Positions 1 to 12,690 of a stretch of 64,000 nucleotides of DNA are shown piece after piece. The position numbers and the translations under genes were made by a program. Below the pieces are notes generated by a model that made no database searches, was not told the DNA's origin, and saw only the letters and a program-made list of their open reading frames with translations. Each line of letters begins with the position of its first letter. Positions within the stretch are counted from its first letter, which is position 1. Origin of the DNA: Carcharhinus longimanus (Eukaryota); NCBI GenBank assembly GCA_030264375.1, contig JASCQW010000109.1:40597823-40661822 (forward strand). The letters run 5' to 3'.

Positions 1-1254
1 GCAAAATTAAATTTCACACTGGAGCCCTATTGTATAACATTGAAGTACTTTGGTTTTTCTGTAAGTTTTTGATATTTGAGCTTGATAAGTCACCTCAGGT
101 GGTTGAGCTGGGTATTGTACTGTTCTACACAAAGTAATTTCCTCAGCATTTTTCTCTTCTCATTTTGAAAATAATTCTTGACAGTGGAAGGCTGGTCTAA
201 GTTTTTGAAAAACTTGAAACAAGTTGAGCAGAGATTAAGATAAACAGATTTTTGTGGTGCAAGTTAAAAGAATATTGCACTGTATTTTGTCTATAGGTTT
301 ATAACCTCTGCTTATGTTAGGGCAAGTAGCTGTTTTTTCCAGCTTTTTAAAAACTTCTTCAGATGTATGATTTCAGAGACAGGTGCTAATTAATCTTGTG
401 CTTTAAAAAAATGACAGCATGCCCATTCTTTTGAAATACAAAGCTCTAGACTGCAAGCTTTGGACCAAGTTGTATCCTTGGAGTGGATTTTTTCCCCCAA
501 AAAATGAATTGTTTTTAGAATGAGTTTGTCGGAAGAAAGTAATCAGGAACTGCTAGAAGTAACTACAATTCTTCACTTTCCTGCTTGCCTTTAGCATGGA
601 GAATTTCAGGAGTTTTCAGGAACCCAAATACAAGTCCTTGGAATCTTGTGTTTCTCAGTTATTAAATTGAGAACACTCCATGGAGCAAGCATTTCAAATC
701 CTGGTTCAAACTCGCAGGTTGAAACTAATCTGGCACTAATACTGTACAATTTATCAACATTTTCTAAAGCAAGCCAGGCTTCAGAACTCTGGGATCTTTA
801 ATGATTTCCCATGGGTAATTCAAAACTTAGCCTGTATTTTGATTTTTGCAAAAGACTTTTGAAGTGTTGCACACAGTGAATAGGAAGTCAAATTGATTGC
901 ATTTATGAATGCAGAAATTGATTATTAATGGTAGGAACTCTGTGTGGGGTCCGGTTACCAATAATGTGGGTAAAGCTGTTGGAATGCAGGTGTTTGGTTT
1001 GCAGTGTGACTGATGTGTGGACAGATATAGAGCGATGTATGTGGGTTCTAATGATTCCAAGTATGCTTCCGGCTGCAGTGTAAGAGACTGACCTGGACTC
1101 ATTTGTAAAGGACAAATGTGTTCCAAATAAGGAGAAAATGAAGGGGGTTTTAAAATGTTTGGTAGTTAAGGATAAAATGAGATATGCAATGATTGCCTAT
1201 TAAAAGCCTCTGATATGTTGTATTGCCTATTTTGCAGATTTTGGTTTTCTTAAA

Positions 1255-1550
1255 TTGGAATAGAAGTAAGTCATTTAACCTCTTGAGTCAATTCTGCCAT
1301 TCAGCTTGATCATTGCTGACCTGCCACATAACTCCATCTGCATTTCTGCATTTGCCTTGTATTCCTCGTTTTTTTTAAAAACAAATTTATTAATCTCTAA
1401 TTTAAAGTTAACAGTTGATACAGTATAAATTGCTGTTTGCAGAAAAGAGCTCCAAATTTGTTAGCATCCTTTGTCTGTGGGAGCACTCCTGAAAGGTCTG
1501 GTTCTAATTTTCAGATTGTCCCCATGATTCCCCATCTATTTTTTTGCTCC
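1255..1550 (-). mobile_element. Degenerate CR1-like LINE 3' end
   Basis: tagaagtaagtcatttaacctcttgagtcaattctgccattca...gatcattgctgacctg resembles the reverse complement of shark CR1 3' tails; a related piece lies at about 33040-33250. Confidence 0.45.
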
Positions 1551-1624
1551 TCAATGTCCCTGCGGAGGAGATAGATGCTTAAAGAAGTCTTTACCCTTCT
1601 CAGCTTTCTGGGTCAGTTCTTTAT

Positions 1625-2545
1625 CACTCATTTGAGATTGGGGCATCGTTGGTTTGACCAGCATTTGTTGCCCTTGAGAAGGTGGTGATGAACTGCCTTC
1701 TTGAACTGCTGTGGTCCCTGAGGTGTAGGTATACCCACAGTGCTGTTAGGGAGTGTATTCCAGGATTTTGACCCAATGACAGTGAAGGAACAGCAATATG
1801 TTTCCATGTCAAGATGGTGAGTGACTCGAAGGGGAATTCCAGGTGGCTCGTTCTTGTGAATGGTCTTGGATTGCCACGATGCTGACTAAGGAACCTTGGT
1901 GACCTCCTGTAGTACGTTTGTTTTAGTGTCACAAATAGGCTTGCGTTAACACTGCAATGAAGTTACTGTGAAAACCTCTGTTCGGGTACGCTGAAGGAGA
2001 ATTTAGCAGGCCAGTGCACCTAACGAGCATGTCTTTCAGACTGCGGGAGGAAACTGGAGCATTTGAAGGAAACCCATGCAGACATGGGGAGAACACGCAG
2101 ACTCTGCACAGACAGTTAACCAAGCTGGGAATTGAACCCAGGTCCCTGGGGTTGAGGCAACAGTGCCATCTGCTTTGCCATGGTACACATGGCTGTCACT
2201 GTTGGTCAGTGATGGACAGTTTGAATGCTTGTGGAAGGGGTAGCAATTAAGCATGCTGCTTTGTCCTGGATGGTGTTGTGCTTTGTGTTGTTGGAGATGC
2301 ACTCATCCAGGCAAGTGGAGAAGATTCCATACACTCTAGGCTTCTCTCTTGCAGACGGTAGTCAGGAAGTGAGTTACTCGCCACAGGATTCCTAATCTTT
2401 GACCAGCTTGGTGGCCACAGTATTTATATGGCTAGTTTAGTTTCTCATCGATTCAGTGATTGTCATGCTACTGAATGTCAACGAATGTTACTTGCCACTT
2501 ATCAGCCCAAGCCTGGATATTGTCTAGTCTTGCTGCATTTGGACA
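1625..2545 (-). mobile_element. CR1/L2-group LINE 3' fragment, interrupted by a SINE
   Basis: gcccttgagaaggtggtgatgaactgccttcttgaactgctg...ccaggattttgaccca...gacagtgaaggaac; homologous sequence recurs at 18045-18320, 22420-22880 (opposite strand) and 48035-48240. Confidence 0.7.
1917..2186 (-). mobile_element. tRNA-derived SINE (HE1 / V-SINE-like)
   Basis: Minus strand has B-box GGGTTCAATTCC followed by the V-domain-like TTCTCCCCATGTCTGCATGGGTTTCCT; six further copies occur in the window. Confidence 0.85.
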
Positions 2546-3585
2546 TGGATTAACTAATGATCGACTAATTCAAATTATCCCTCCTCAAAAGGATCAACTT
2601 CACCTGAAAATGTTCTCATTGTTCACTTGGTTGTACTTTTCCTTGCCGTACGAATCTGTCCATCTCCATTTGGGCCAATAAATGTGCTGTTACTCTCTGG
2701 CACTGCTGCCATGACAGGGAAAAGATAAACCTGTCAAATTAATGGCAATTTCACGCGGTTTTCATTCATAACATCGCTGTATTACAAGTTGGAGCCAGCA
2801 GTTTCTTGCTCACGTTTCATTATTGCCCATTCTGTTAAGATTTTTAATGTTGGCATCTAGATTTGACTACCGAGAAATACTGTTGCTTAGAATTTTAGAA
2901 TGATGTGCCCAAAAAGTAGTAGGAAAAAATTTAAAATGAATTCTGTTGAAAGAAATAACTGAATTTATCAACTTAAATAGTGGAGTGGCAAAATTTAGGT
3001 ATTTTCAAGTTGTGTGCATCAAGTTCACTGATTTTTGCAACCACTGATTTTTTTTTTGTAGGGATTTCAGCGAAAACCTTTAGTGGATCAGATATAATAC
3101 CAATATTTTCTGAACAATGAGGGAGCTGATTTTATTTAATTGGCACCCAAATTCAGGATGGGTATTATTATGGTGTTTATTCTGAGAGTCACATGATTAG
3201 TGAGTTTGATATTCATCTCGTCCTACATATTCATGCTCTACAATAAGTGAAATGGGCCCTTTTAATTGTTGAGTTTGTTTTATGATGGTTTGACTCAGGT
3301 AGCTCAGTTTGCTCAAAGTGGAAAATTAATGTGCTTATTCCTGATTTGATGATTAGCTCTTCAGAATGATCGTTCTTAAAATGATTGTCTTTCTTCCAAA
3401 ATACAAATTTTAAGAAAGTAAGGTGTAATGACAATCTGGTTCATAGAACTACCATAAGGACTTCAAACACTATAAGTGAAAGATTATTTGTATTATTTGA
3501 ATTGGTAGCAAGAAATGCAAACTGAAGATTAACAAAGTTAAAACAATTTTTGTTTCATAATTTTAAACAAAATCTACCTGAGAAA

Positions 3586-3925
3586 GGTTTATAAGATGTT
3601 GAGAGGTATAGATTGGGTGGCTTCTCAGAGGCTGTTTCCCAGGGCTGAAATGGTTGCTACGAGAGGACACAGGTTTAAGGTGCTGGGGAGTAGGTACAGA
3701 GGAGATGTCAGGGGTAAGTTTTTCACTGAAGGTGTGGTGGGTGAGTGGAACCGGCTGCTGTCGGTGGTGGTGGAGGCAAACTCGTTGGGGTCTTTTAAGA
3801 GACTTCTGGATGAGTAAATGGGATTTAAAGGGATTGAGGGTTATGGGTAGGGCTGGTAGGTAGGGATATGATCAGCGCAACTTGTGGGCCGAAGGGCCTG
3901 TTTGTGCTGTGGTGTTCTATGTTCT
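3586..3925 (+). mobile_element. CR1-clade (HER1-like) LINE, 5'-truncated 3' end
   Basis: ORF 3596..3817 carries CR1 ORF2 C-terminal motifs TRGH.FK...KFF..VV.EWN.L..VVEA.S..SFK..LD; tail gggccgaagggcctgtt..tgctgt..tgttctatgttcta. Confidence 0.88.
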
Positions 3926-5282
3926 AAATGGTTCGCTGGAAATAGCCTAAGTAGATGATTTAAGAAAGAACTAAATAACTGTTTCTACAATGCCATTCAA
4001 AAACCTCAAAATTCCTAAAAGCACTTCATTTTAGTGTTTTTGTAACAGTGAAAACACTTCAATGTTGAAAAACTAGGCAGAAATAAGTGGGAAGGAGTAG
4101 GCAGAGAAATGGGTTAGAATTAGATAGCTAAAGTTTAAATGCTGGCAAAGGTACAATTTGGCTAAATGGTAGCCTCCTGTGCAGCAGCATCTTTGTACAA
4201 GGATATAAAAATATAATGATGGCTATACTTTTTCAGTAGTTTCTATAAAGCCATTAAATTGAGAATTTTCTATCCTGTAAACACATTATCTTCTCTTGTA
4301 TCATCCTTCAAAAATGAGAAGTGATAACTATACTTGGGCTACTGTCAATGAGCCTATTTTGCTCAAAATTGCTGATTTCATAAGCTGCCATCGCAGTCAT
4401 AACCTCAGGCCAGGAATGCCTCTGCCTCAAGTTCCAGACTTCGCTGTTGCCAGGTAACAGAAGGCTATCTTTACTTCAGCCTTTTTCTTGCATACTGCCC
4501 CACCTTTCAGTTTGTTCAGTGCTGCTCCTCGCTATGGACAGTATTCCCTGTTCAGTTCATCTTGTTTAATTTCCTAGTTGACTATTGTATGGTACGTAAT
4601 ACATAATGCCACAAGGTCAACCAATATTTTTGAACCAGTACATGTGTTAAGAGTCCATTGGCACTTTTTGGGGAGGTAACAATTTATAACTGAGACTTGG
4701 CGGAAAGTGGCAATTGGATAATGTTAAAAGCCTCATTGAATTTTAAGACTCATTGAATTAATTGGAAGTTAGCTGCTTGCATTGATGATGATTTTGCTGC
4801 TGGTTTTAAAAAAAGGGCAGGATGAGAAAGGGCCAAAAACTAGGAAGTTATTCTGGGTCTATTTTACATTATTCACAAACAAGAAACAAACACTAATTTT
4901 AAAGAGGTATAACTTGCTAATGTGCAGCTTTGTATTTGGTGAAAGATTGTTTAACAACTTGTATTTATATATGTACCTTTTTAATGCATTAGAATATCCC
5001 AAAATGCTTTGCAAGAGGCATGAGGCAAAGGAGCATTGAACTAGAGAAGATGGCATGGATGGTCAAATTGGATCAAAGTGGGATTTAAGGAGGAGTCAAA
5101 GGCTGTTAATGGGCTTGGTGGATCAGGACAGAGGTGATTGCGAGAATGAGTTTTTTGGCTGTGACTCTCGAAGTATGAACAAAACCTTCAAGGAGATTAA
5201 TTATTTCTTGGCGAGGAAGAGAGAATTCATGGTTTTGTCAATTTCACCCAGCCTTTTGAAAGGAACGGGTCAGGGTCCCCGC

Positions 5283-5531
5283 GTGCACGCACACACTCTC
5301 CCTCTCTCTCTCTCTCTCCCTCTCTCTCTCTCTCCCTCTCCCCCGCGCGCTNNNNNNNNNNNNNNNNNNNNNNNNNNNNNNNNNNNNNNNNNNNNNNNNN
5401 NNNNNNNNNNNNNNNNNNNNNNNNNNNNNNNNNNNNNNNNNNNNNNNNNNNCTCCCTCTCGCTCTCTCTCTCTTCCCCCCCCCCCCCCCCTCTCCCTCTC
5501 CCTCTCCCCCTCTCTCTCTCTCTCTCTCTCT
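5283..5531. repeat. (CT)n / C-rich microsatellite spanning a 100-N gap
   Basis: ctctctctc runs on both sides of N 5352-5451. Confidence 0.95.
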
Positions 5532-8500
5532 GCCTGCAGAGGAGTATTGATACATTTAAGGCTTTGTTATTGGATGAGAGTAGAAAATCTTATTTAGAGT
5601 TGGTCCCTGAGCAGGAATGAATCTTAACAACTAAAATAGGATTTAAATATATTGACCTAAAGAAGTTAGAATTTTAATTGTAGGTTGTTGCGATGCTGCT
5701 AACCACTTCAATAGTTTACAGAACTAAATGGAAATAGGATTTCGGTCTTGTGGATAGAATTAACTCGTATACAATGGGAGAGATGGGAAGGAAACTAGAG
5801 TTGCAAAGGCTTGGGGAGGGTTTGGTGCGGTGGGAAAGTGGAAGGATGGGACAGCACTTGACTAGATTAAGAAAAGTAAAAATTAAGGGGGCAGAAAGAA
5901 AAGTTAAAAGTACAGAGCATGTGGCCTAGTATTTGATGTGATCTTGCCAAATTTGACAGGTATTTGGTAGTTTTAAAGTCTATGCATTTTACTTGTCTTG
6001 TAGCCGACTCCTAGTCTTAGAAAATTCTCTGCTAGATGGCGGCTTGAAGTAATGTGAATGATTTGTTCAACTGCTCAGGCAGTGTGCTTTGGTGCTGCTT
6101 TCAGCCAAGCTGTTGTGAAAGTGTAGAGCCATTTTCACAAATTTGGTATTGTTCTGTTTTGTTGTTGAGTTTGACTGAGCAAGACATTGGGCCTTGGGAA
6201 CAGCTTGGAGAAAAGAAAAAAAATCACCTGCTTAGGAACTTTCGACCAGCCAACACTTCAAATCTGCTCTTGACTTATCATTATTGAATCATTTAAGAAT
6301 ATAGGTGTGAGAACTTCATCTCATTAGCCTGCAAGGTTTATCTCCCTGATAGGGTCATGAATGATATTTGCCTTTGACATTGATTGTAAATCTTGTTTCA
6401 AGTCAGCAAGACTTAAAGGAAATAATCTTAACATTTTAGAGATAGTGACGAGAAGGAAATTGCTTCAACATCGGTGAATTTTGCACATTTAAGTCATTCA
6501 TGAATAATATTATCAGGCATACATTTCAAATCTTAACGGTGTTTATTTTAGGCACATTATGGCCATGTAAGGCCATCATTTATGTAATTGCATAGTCTGG
6601 ATCCATTTCTGCTCTTAAATCTATAACTCCAACGGGTTTAAAATTAAAAGGCTTTTTAAAAATACATTATTGAACTTCTAAGTAAATAGCAAATATTACC
6701 TGTCGGTGTAATATTGCTTATTCCAGTTGAGAAAATACTCCAATTTGATTTGTTATATAAGTTTGCCCATTTAATGAATTAAACAAGATTCAGTTGCTAC
6801 TCATTGACATATTTGAAGATTCTGCTTCAAAGGAATAAATTCAAAAGGAAATTGGTTCTCATCATCTTTTTCCGCATTGAGTAATCATTTCAATTTCATT
6901 GTTCTTGTGAATGAATTGCTACTGTTATGAGGACTTAGTACGCATTTACATTTTTGAATGATTTGTTCAGAAGTTTTTTGCTCAAACTTTGGGCGTGACA
7001 GGGGAGAAAGCTGCACTGGGAATTAGTAATGCTAATTTAAATTTCTGAATCATATCTCGTGAGATGCATGTTTTTCATTAGTCCTGATTCAACTATGAAT
7101 CTCAAACCCTTGGGTCACAGTTATCCATTGCCAGAATTTTGAATCTTTTTACGGGACAATTGCAACATAACCATTACTATGTAGTATTTTCAGAGTTTTA
7201 AAATTTGAACATGTGTCCATCACTTAATATATTTTCTTCAGATCTATGACATGATCAGTTTCCATTGTGTTAAAAGGTGTACTGTAGGTGGCCATTACTG
7301 TGTTTTTCTCATAATTTTTCTCTAATGCTGAAAGAGGTAGGACTTCACTTCAACTATTTCTTTCTCTAAATATTAAAAAACAACTTTAGACTTTTTACTT
7401 TTAAGTCTTATAGCCACTTGGTTCTGCTCCACAAAAATCATTGTATATGCTCAGTAATTTTAAACCAGATTTGATCAAATTTGTGATGGACAATGCTGTG
7501 ATTAATATCCTGGCATGTGGCTGATGTAATTTAGTTAAAATTCGGCATTTCCAACATGTGCTACTTTGATTTTTATAAGCACCAAGTTTTTCTCTTTAAA
7601 TTGGACAAATCATCTAAAGAATTATCTTCTCCTGAATCAGTCACAAGCTGGAAAAATTAAGTTTTCAAAAACAGAACAACTATGATTTGACTGAAAATGG
7701 ATTTTCAGGTGGAGGAAGATTTAACTATAATTGTGATGCTAAATTGGAGCGCATATTGAGTCTTCAGCATAACATAAGAATAATGTATTAATGTAGGACC
7801 ATAGAGATGATGATTCAAAACTTGGGAGCATTGGCACACTTGTACTGCTCCCAAATAAGCCCCAAAGTGGATCCTTTGGATCTTCAGCTGAATGCCCCAT
7901 TAGTGAGAGTGTAGTAATTTGTTTCACTAACAGAACAGATCAGAATCGGATTCTTTCCTTGGCCTATCAGCCTGTACAAATTCTTCTGCACTACATATTT
8001 TCTAAAATAAGGAGTTTAGGTTAAATATTTGAAGTCATTCTACTTATTTTTTTTCTTTTTCCTCTCCTGAAGATTCAGAATGGGAAGAGATATATGGTAT
8101 GTGTATATTTATGGTCTGTTTGCCCATTGCCTTGATTTTTGTGTTTGCTGTTTGTGTGAAGATGGTGGTTTTATAGTTTTTTTGCCCCCAGTGCATTCAC
8201 TTTCTGTTGCATGTTTTATGGCATTCAAAACAGTATGCGAAGTACAGTACAATTCTAAATTCGAGATGTATGAGAAATGAGTCACTAGTAGCATGTGCTT
8301 TTAAAGCCAAGCTATTTTCAAGTTTGAGGTAATATCATTTTAATATGGAAGTAAATTCCTTCATTTTATATTCCCCTCGTAGTTTTCAACTTTGATCACA
8401 ATAAATATCTGGTCAGTGGCAGAATTCTTTTGACTTCCTGGATGAATGATTTGAGACAATATTCAAGGAGGTTCTATGATTGCATAATACACACTGTTTT

Positions 8501-9214
8501 GCTGTACCATGATGTTCAGAAGCATCTGAATTGATATAAAGTGCATGTTACTTTCTTTTAGTTGGACAGCAAGCAAGATAATCTGTTTGCTTAATGCAAT
8601 TATCTTAAAGCCATGCTTTTAGAGAAAAATACTCCAGTTTGGAGTTTAAGGTTTTACCATGTACCGCATGTTTTGACTCGATTTTTAGAAAACAGAATTT
8701 TTCAATGGCTTGTGCTGCAGATACTTTTAATCTGAGCTCTAGCTTGTTAGGTGGCATTATAAACGCTTGTGGCATTTCAAAATGTAACTTCCTTGGCGTG
8801 CAAGTGTTTGAATTATTCCTGTGGCATGGTGGGTTGGGCATAAGTTATGCTGTTCTAAACATGCCTCTATGGTAGGACTATACATCACTGAAGCATGTCT
8901 TTTGAACACAAAAAAGAATGCAAATGTAAATGGTTTTATTTTGATTTCATTATTTTAGTTTCCTCGTCTGCTCCCTTCTACTTGCTCATTTTTCCCTTTC
9001 ATAATATTTGGCATTTTTGTTGGTTTTTCTGTGTAGTTTATATTGCTAGCTCTGGCACACCATGAGTAAATCTAGGTGGTACCTTTTTTAATTGAAGTAA
9101 ACACATTTATTTTTCTTGTTCCACTGATCAGGTGCAATTTAATATTGCTTATTTAGTTCCTCCTTGAGTTTGTGAAGTATAGGAGTTTCAAATCCTTGGT
9201 TATCAGTTGTGATT

Positions 9215-9800
9215 CATTTGGAATTTAATTTGACTTATTATTGTCACATGTATTAACATACTGTGAAAAGTATTGTTTGTTGTGTGCTACACAGACAAAA
9301 CATACCTTTTCATGGAGAAGGAAACGAGTGCAGAAAGTAGTGTTCAGTCATAGCTAGGGTGTAGAGAAAGATCAACTTAATGCAAGGTAAGTCCATTCAA
9401 AAGTCTAACAGCAGCAGGGAAGAAGNNNNNNNNNNNNNNNNNNNNNNNNNNNNNNNNNNNNNNNNNNNNNNNNNNNNNNNNNNNNNNNNNNNNNNNNNNN
9501 NNNNNNNNNNNNNNNNNNNNNNNNNAGAGAAAGATCAACTTAATGCAAGGTAAGTCCATTCAAAAGTCTAACAGCAGCAGGGAAGAAGCTGTTCTTGAGT
9601 CGATTGGTACGTGATCTCATACTTTTGTATCTTTTTCCCAACGGAAGAAGGTGGGAGAATATCTGGGGTGCTTGGGGTCCTTAATTATGCTGGCTGCTTT
9701 GCTGAAGCAATGGGAAGTGTATGAGAGTCAATGGATGGGAGGCTGGTATGCATGATGGATTGGGCTACCTTTACAATCTTTTGTAGTTCCTTGCAGACTA
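9215..9800 (-). mobile_element. Rex1/Babar-like LINE 3' fragment
   Basis: Homologous to 16555-16950 (ttattattgtcacatgtatt...aagatcaacttaatgcaaggta..ccattcaaaagtct); minus-strand translation FFPAAVRLLNG. Confidence 0.75.
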
Positions 9801-10094
9801 CAGTGATGTTTATCCACCAAAGTTGATGCGTTATCATCAGACTTGAGATTTCTGGGTAATTTGAATCAAATATTATTTCAGATGGGAGATGCAAAATTGT
9901 AATTATATGGCTGGAAAATTATTGCAGTAGTCATTAAATGTTGATATCGAAGAAATGGCATTCCAAAATTTGTTGTTCAGAAGCCATCAAGCAGTGTGGT
10001 GTGGAGCACTGGACTTTTTGAGAGGCACTGTTGAACTGCTTTAATACCTGTTGTACACTGCCTGTAGAATGGTTTCCTTTTCAGTATCTATTTT

Positions 10095-11130
10095 GAGTCA
10101 TAAAGGTCTACAGCACAGAAAATGCCTTCAGCCCATTGCGCCAAAGCCACCCAAAAACAACCACCTAACTATTCTGATCCCATTTTCCAATGCTTGGCCC
10201 ATAGCCTTTTAGGACTTGGTGTCACGAGTGTACATCTAAATGCTATTTGAATTTATGGAGGTCTCTGCTTCACCACTTGGGCAGTGAATTCCAGACTCCC
10301 ACCATCTTCTCAGTTTTTCCTCAAATCCCTTCTAAATCTCCTAACTCTTAAATCTGTGCCCCTGGTCAATGATCCCTCCCCCAAGGGGAAATGTTTTTGC
10401 CTGTCTATCTATGGCCCTCATAATTTTATACATCTCAGTATGTCCCTCAATCTCCTCTGCTCCAAGGAAAACAACCCAAGTCTATCCAATCTCTCTTCAT
10501 TACTAAAACCCTCCAGCCAGGCAACATCCTGCACTCTTTCGAGTGTTATTACGTTCCTCCAATAATGTAGATTCCAGAAATGCACAGATTACTTTAGCTG
10601 TGGCCTAACCAATGTTTTGTACAGTTCCAGCATAACCGCCCTACTCTCAAACTCTCTGCCTCTGCTAATGAAGACAAATATACCGTATGCATTCTTAACC
10701 ATTCTATCCATCTTTCTTGCTACCTTAGGGAACCGGAATACATGTGCACCAAGGTCCCTCTGATCCTCGCTGCTTCTGAGGTTCCTGCCATTCATTATTC
10801 CCTTGTCTTGTTTGCTCTGCCCAAGTGCATCACCTCACACTTATATGAATTGAATTTCATTCGCCACTGATCAGTCCATCAATATCCTACAGTGATCAAA
10901 GACTATCCTCTTTGCTACTTAGCACCCTACGAATTTTTGTTATCCACAAACTTACTGATCAACCCTCCTACGTTCAAGACTAAATCATTTGTAGAAACCA
11001 CAACAGCAGGGGTCCCAACATTGGTCCCTGTGTGACCCCACAGGACTCAGGCTTCCAGTCACAAAACAATCGTCACCTTCTGCTTCCTGCCACTCAGCCA
11101 ATTCTGGATCCAGTTTGTCAAATTTCCTTG
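10095..11130 (-). mobile_element. CR1-clade LINE ORF2 3' fragment
   Basis: ORF 10589..10795 RDLGAHV...VKNAYGIFVFISRG.EF.S..VMLELYKTLVRPQL; gggtcacacagggaccaatgttgggacccctgctg (GxxQGxxLGPLL). Confidence 0.85.
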
Positions 11131-12029
11131 AGCTCTGTTAATTCCTACTTAGAAATTGTTGAAGTTATTTCTTTGACAAACTAACTTTCATTTTTTTTTG
11201 AAAATTCATATAAAACTCTGCTTAAATACTGTTAAGAGACCAGTGCATATCTGTCGGTCCCAAAGGTGCAATGTAAACTTGAGTCCTGCATTGCATTTTC
11301 TTTAAAATGTGGTTTGATAAAAGTATGTTTATTGTGGTACGCAGTATGTTTTGTCATTGGTGAGGGTTGGTCGTTTGGGGATCCATTTCACCACCACCGC
11401 CGCCCCCCATATTTTTTCCTCAGGTTAAAGACTGGGCTGTTAAGAGACTGTCTGCGGTTTCATGAAAGCTTGCAGTAAGGACCTTTTACATTGTGAATCT
11501 AAATTAACCTACAAAGAATCAATAGATGGAAGTGCCCTGTGGAAACAACCTCAATATTTGTTAACTGTAAATTAAACTTGCATGTAGTTATATTTATTTT
11601 TAAGATTTTATTAGCTGGCATCCATAGATCCAAATTGTTGTTTGGTTTAACCATCAATTTTATCCTTGTTCACATTCCCAAAAAATTGATTGGGAAAGGG
11701 AAGCAGAAAATTGAAGCAATAGTGTAAGTTAATGATGATGAAACCTATTTTAATCACATTAAAGCTTCCCCCTAAAATATTACTTGGGAGAACAGTCCCT
11801 AAGTAACATGGTGTCAAATCATCTACAGTTTCGTCACGTTTGTTAATATAATTCATGTTGATTCATAACCTTAAGTTGCTTGCTTTCTTGACATTACAAC
11901 AGTGCCTATACTCAATTATTTTAGTTTTGACGCTCTTTGGGGTGTCTCAAAGACAGGAAAGATGCGAGCTGTGTTTTTATTTCTTTCTGCATTATAACAA
12001 ATGCGATTGTGGTCATTTATGGCACTGGA

Positions 12030-12690
12030 GAAGGCTATTCGGTCCATCAAGTTTTCAGCCATCTCTTCGTGAAGCAGTCCAGCCAGTTCCATTTTCTAGC
12101 TGTATCCCCTTGGCCTACAAGTTTATTTCCTTCAAGCAACCACCCAATTTAGTTTTGAAATCAATGATCATTTATGTTCTCATTACCTTGCAAGCATTGA
12201 ATTCCAAGGCATTTCCATTTTCATTAAAAGAAAGCTCTTCCTTGCATTTCCTCTACCTTGCCCAAAACCTTACCTGTCTTTCCTAGCTCTTGTCAACGAA
12301 CAGGAACAACTTTGCGTTGTCCACCATAACCAAGCACCTCTATTAAATATACCCCAATCTCCCGCCCCTAAGCAAATAATCCTAGTTTCCCCAGCTTACC
12401 CTTGTGCTTATTCCCTGTCCCTGGAACCATTCTGATAAATCTCTGCTCTCTTTCAAGAATTCTCCTATCCTTTCTAAAATGTGTTGACCAGCACTGGATG
12501 TTGCACTCTAGTTGTGGCTTAACTAGAGCTTTATAAAGGTTTGGCACAAACCCCTGCTTTTGTACTCTGACGCCCACAACCCCATGTGCTTTACTAACCA
12601 CTTTCTCAATATGTCCTGCTGCCTTCAAAGGTCTATGTATGTACATTGAGGTTCCTCTATACCTGTGTACAGTCTTCAGAACAGTGTCAT
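12030..12690 (-). mobile_element. CR1-clade LINE 3' fragment
   Basis: ORF 12368..12763 NLYKALVKPQLECNIQCWSTHFRKD..ILEREQRFIRMVPG...LGKLGLF. Confidence 0.85.

Noticed and set aside
5055-5597. Long ORFs across gaps (also 25216-25693, 27796-28533, 44774-45178)
   Set aside because: They are open only because of N runs and microsatellite sequence.
9363-9588. Exact 63-bp direct repeat on either side of a 100-N gap
   Set aside because: Identical sequence abutting a placeholder gap indicates unmerged overlapping contig ends, not a biological repeat.
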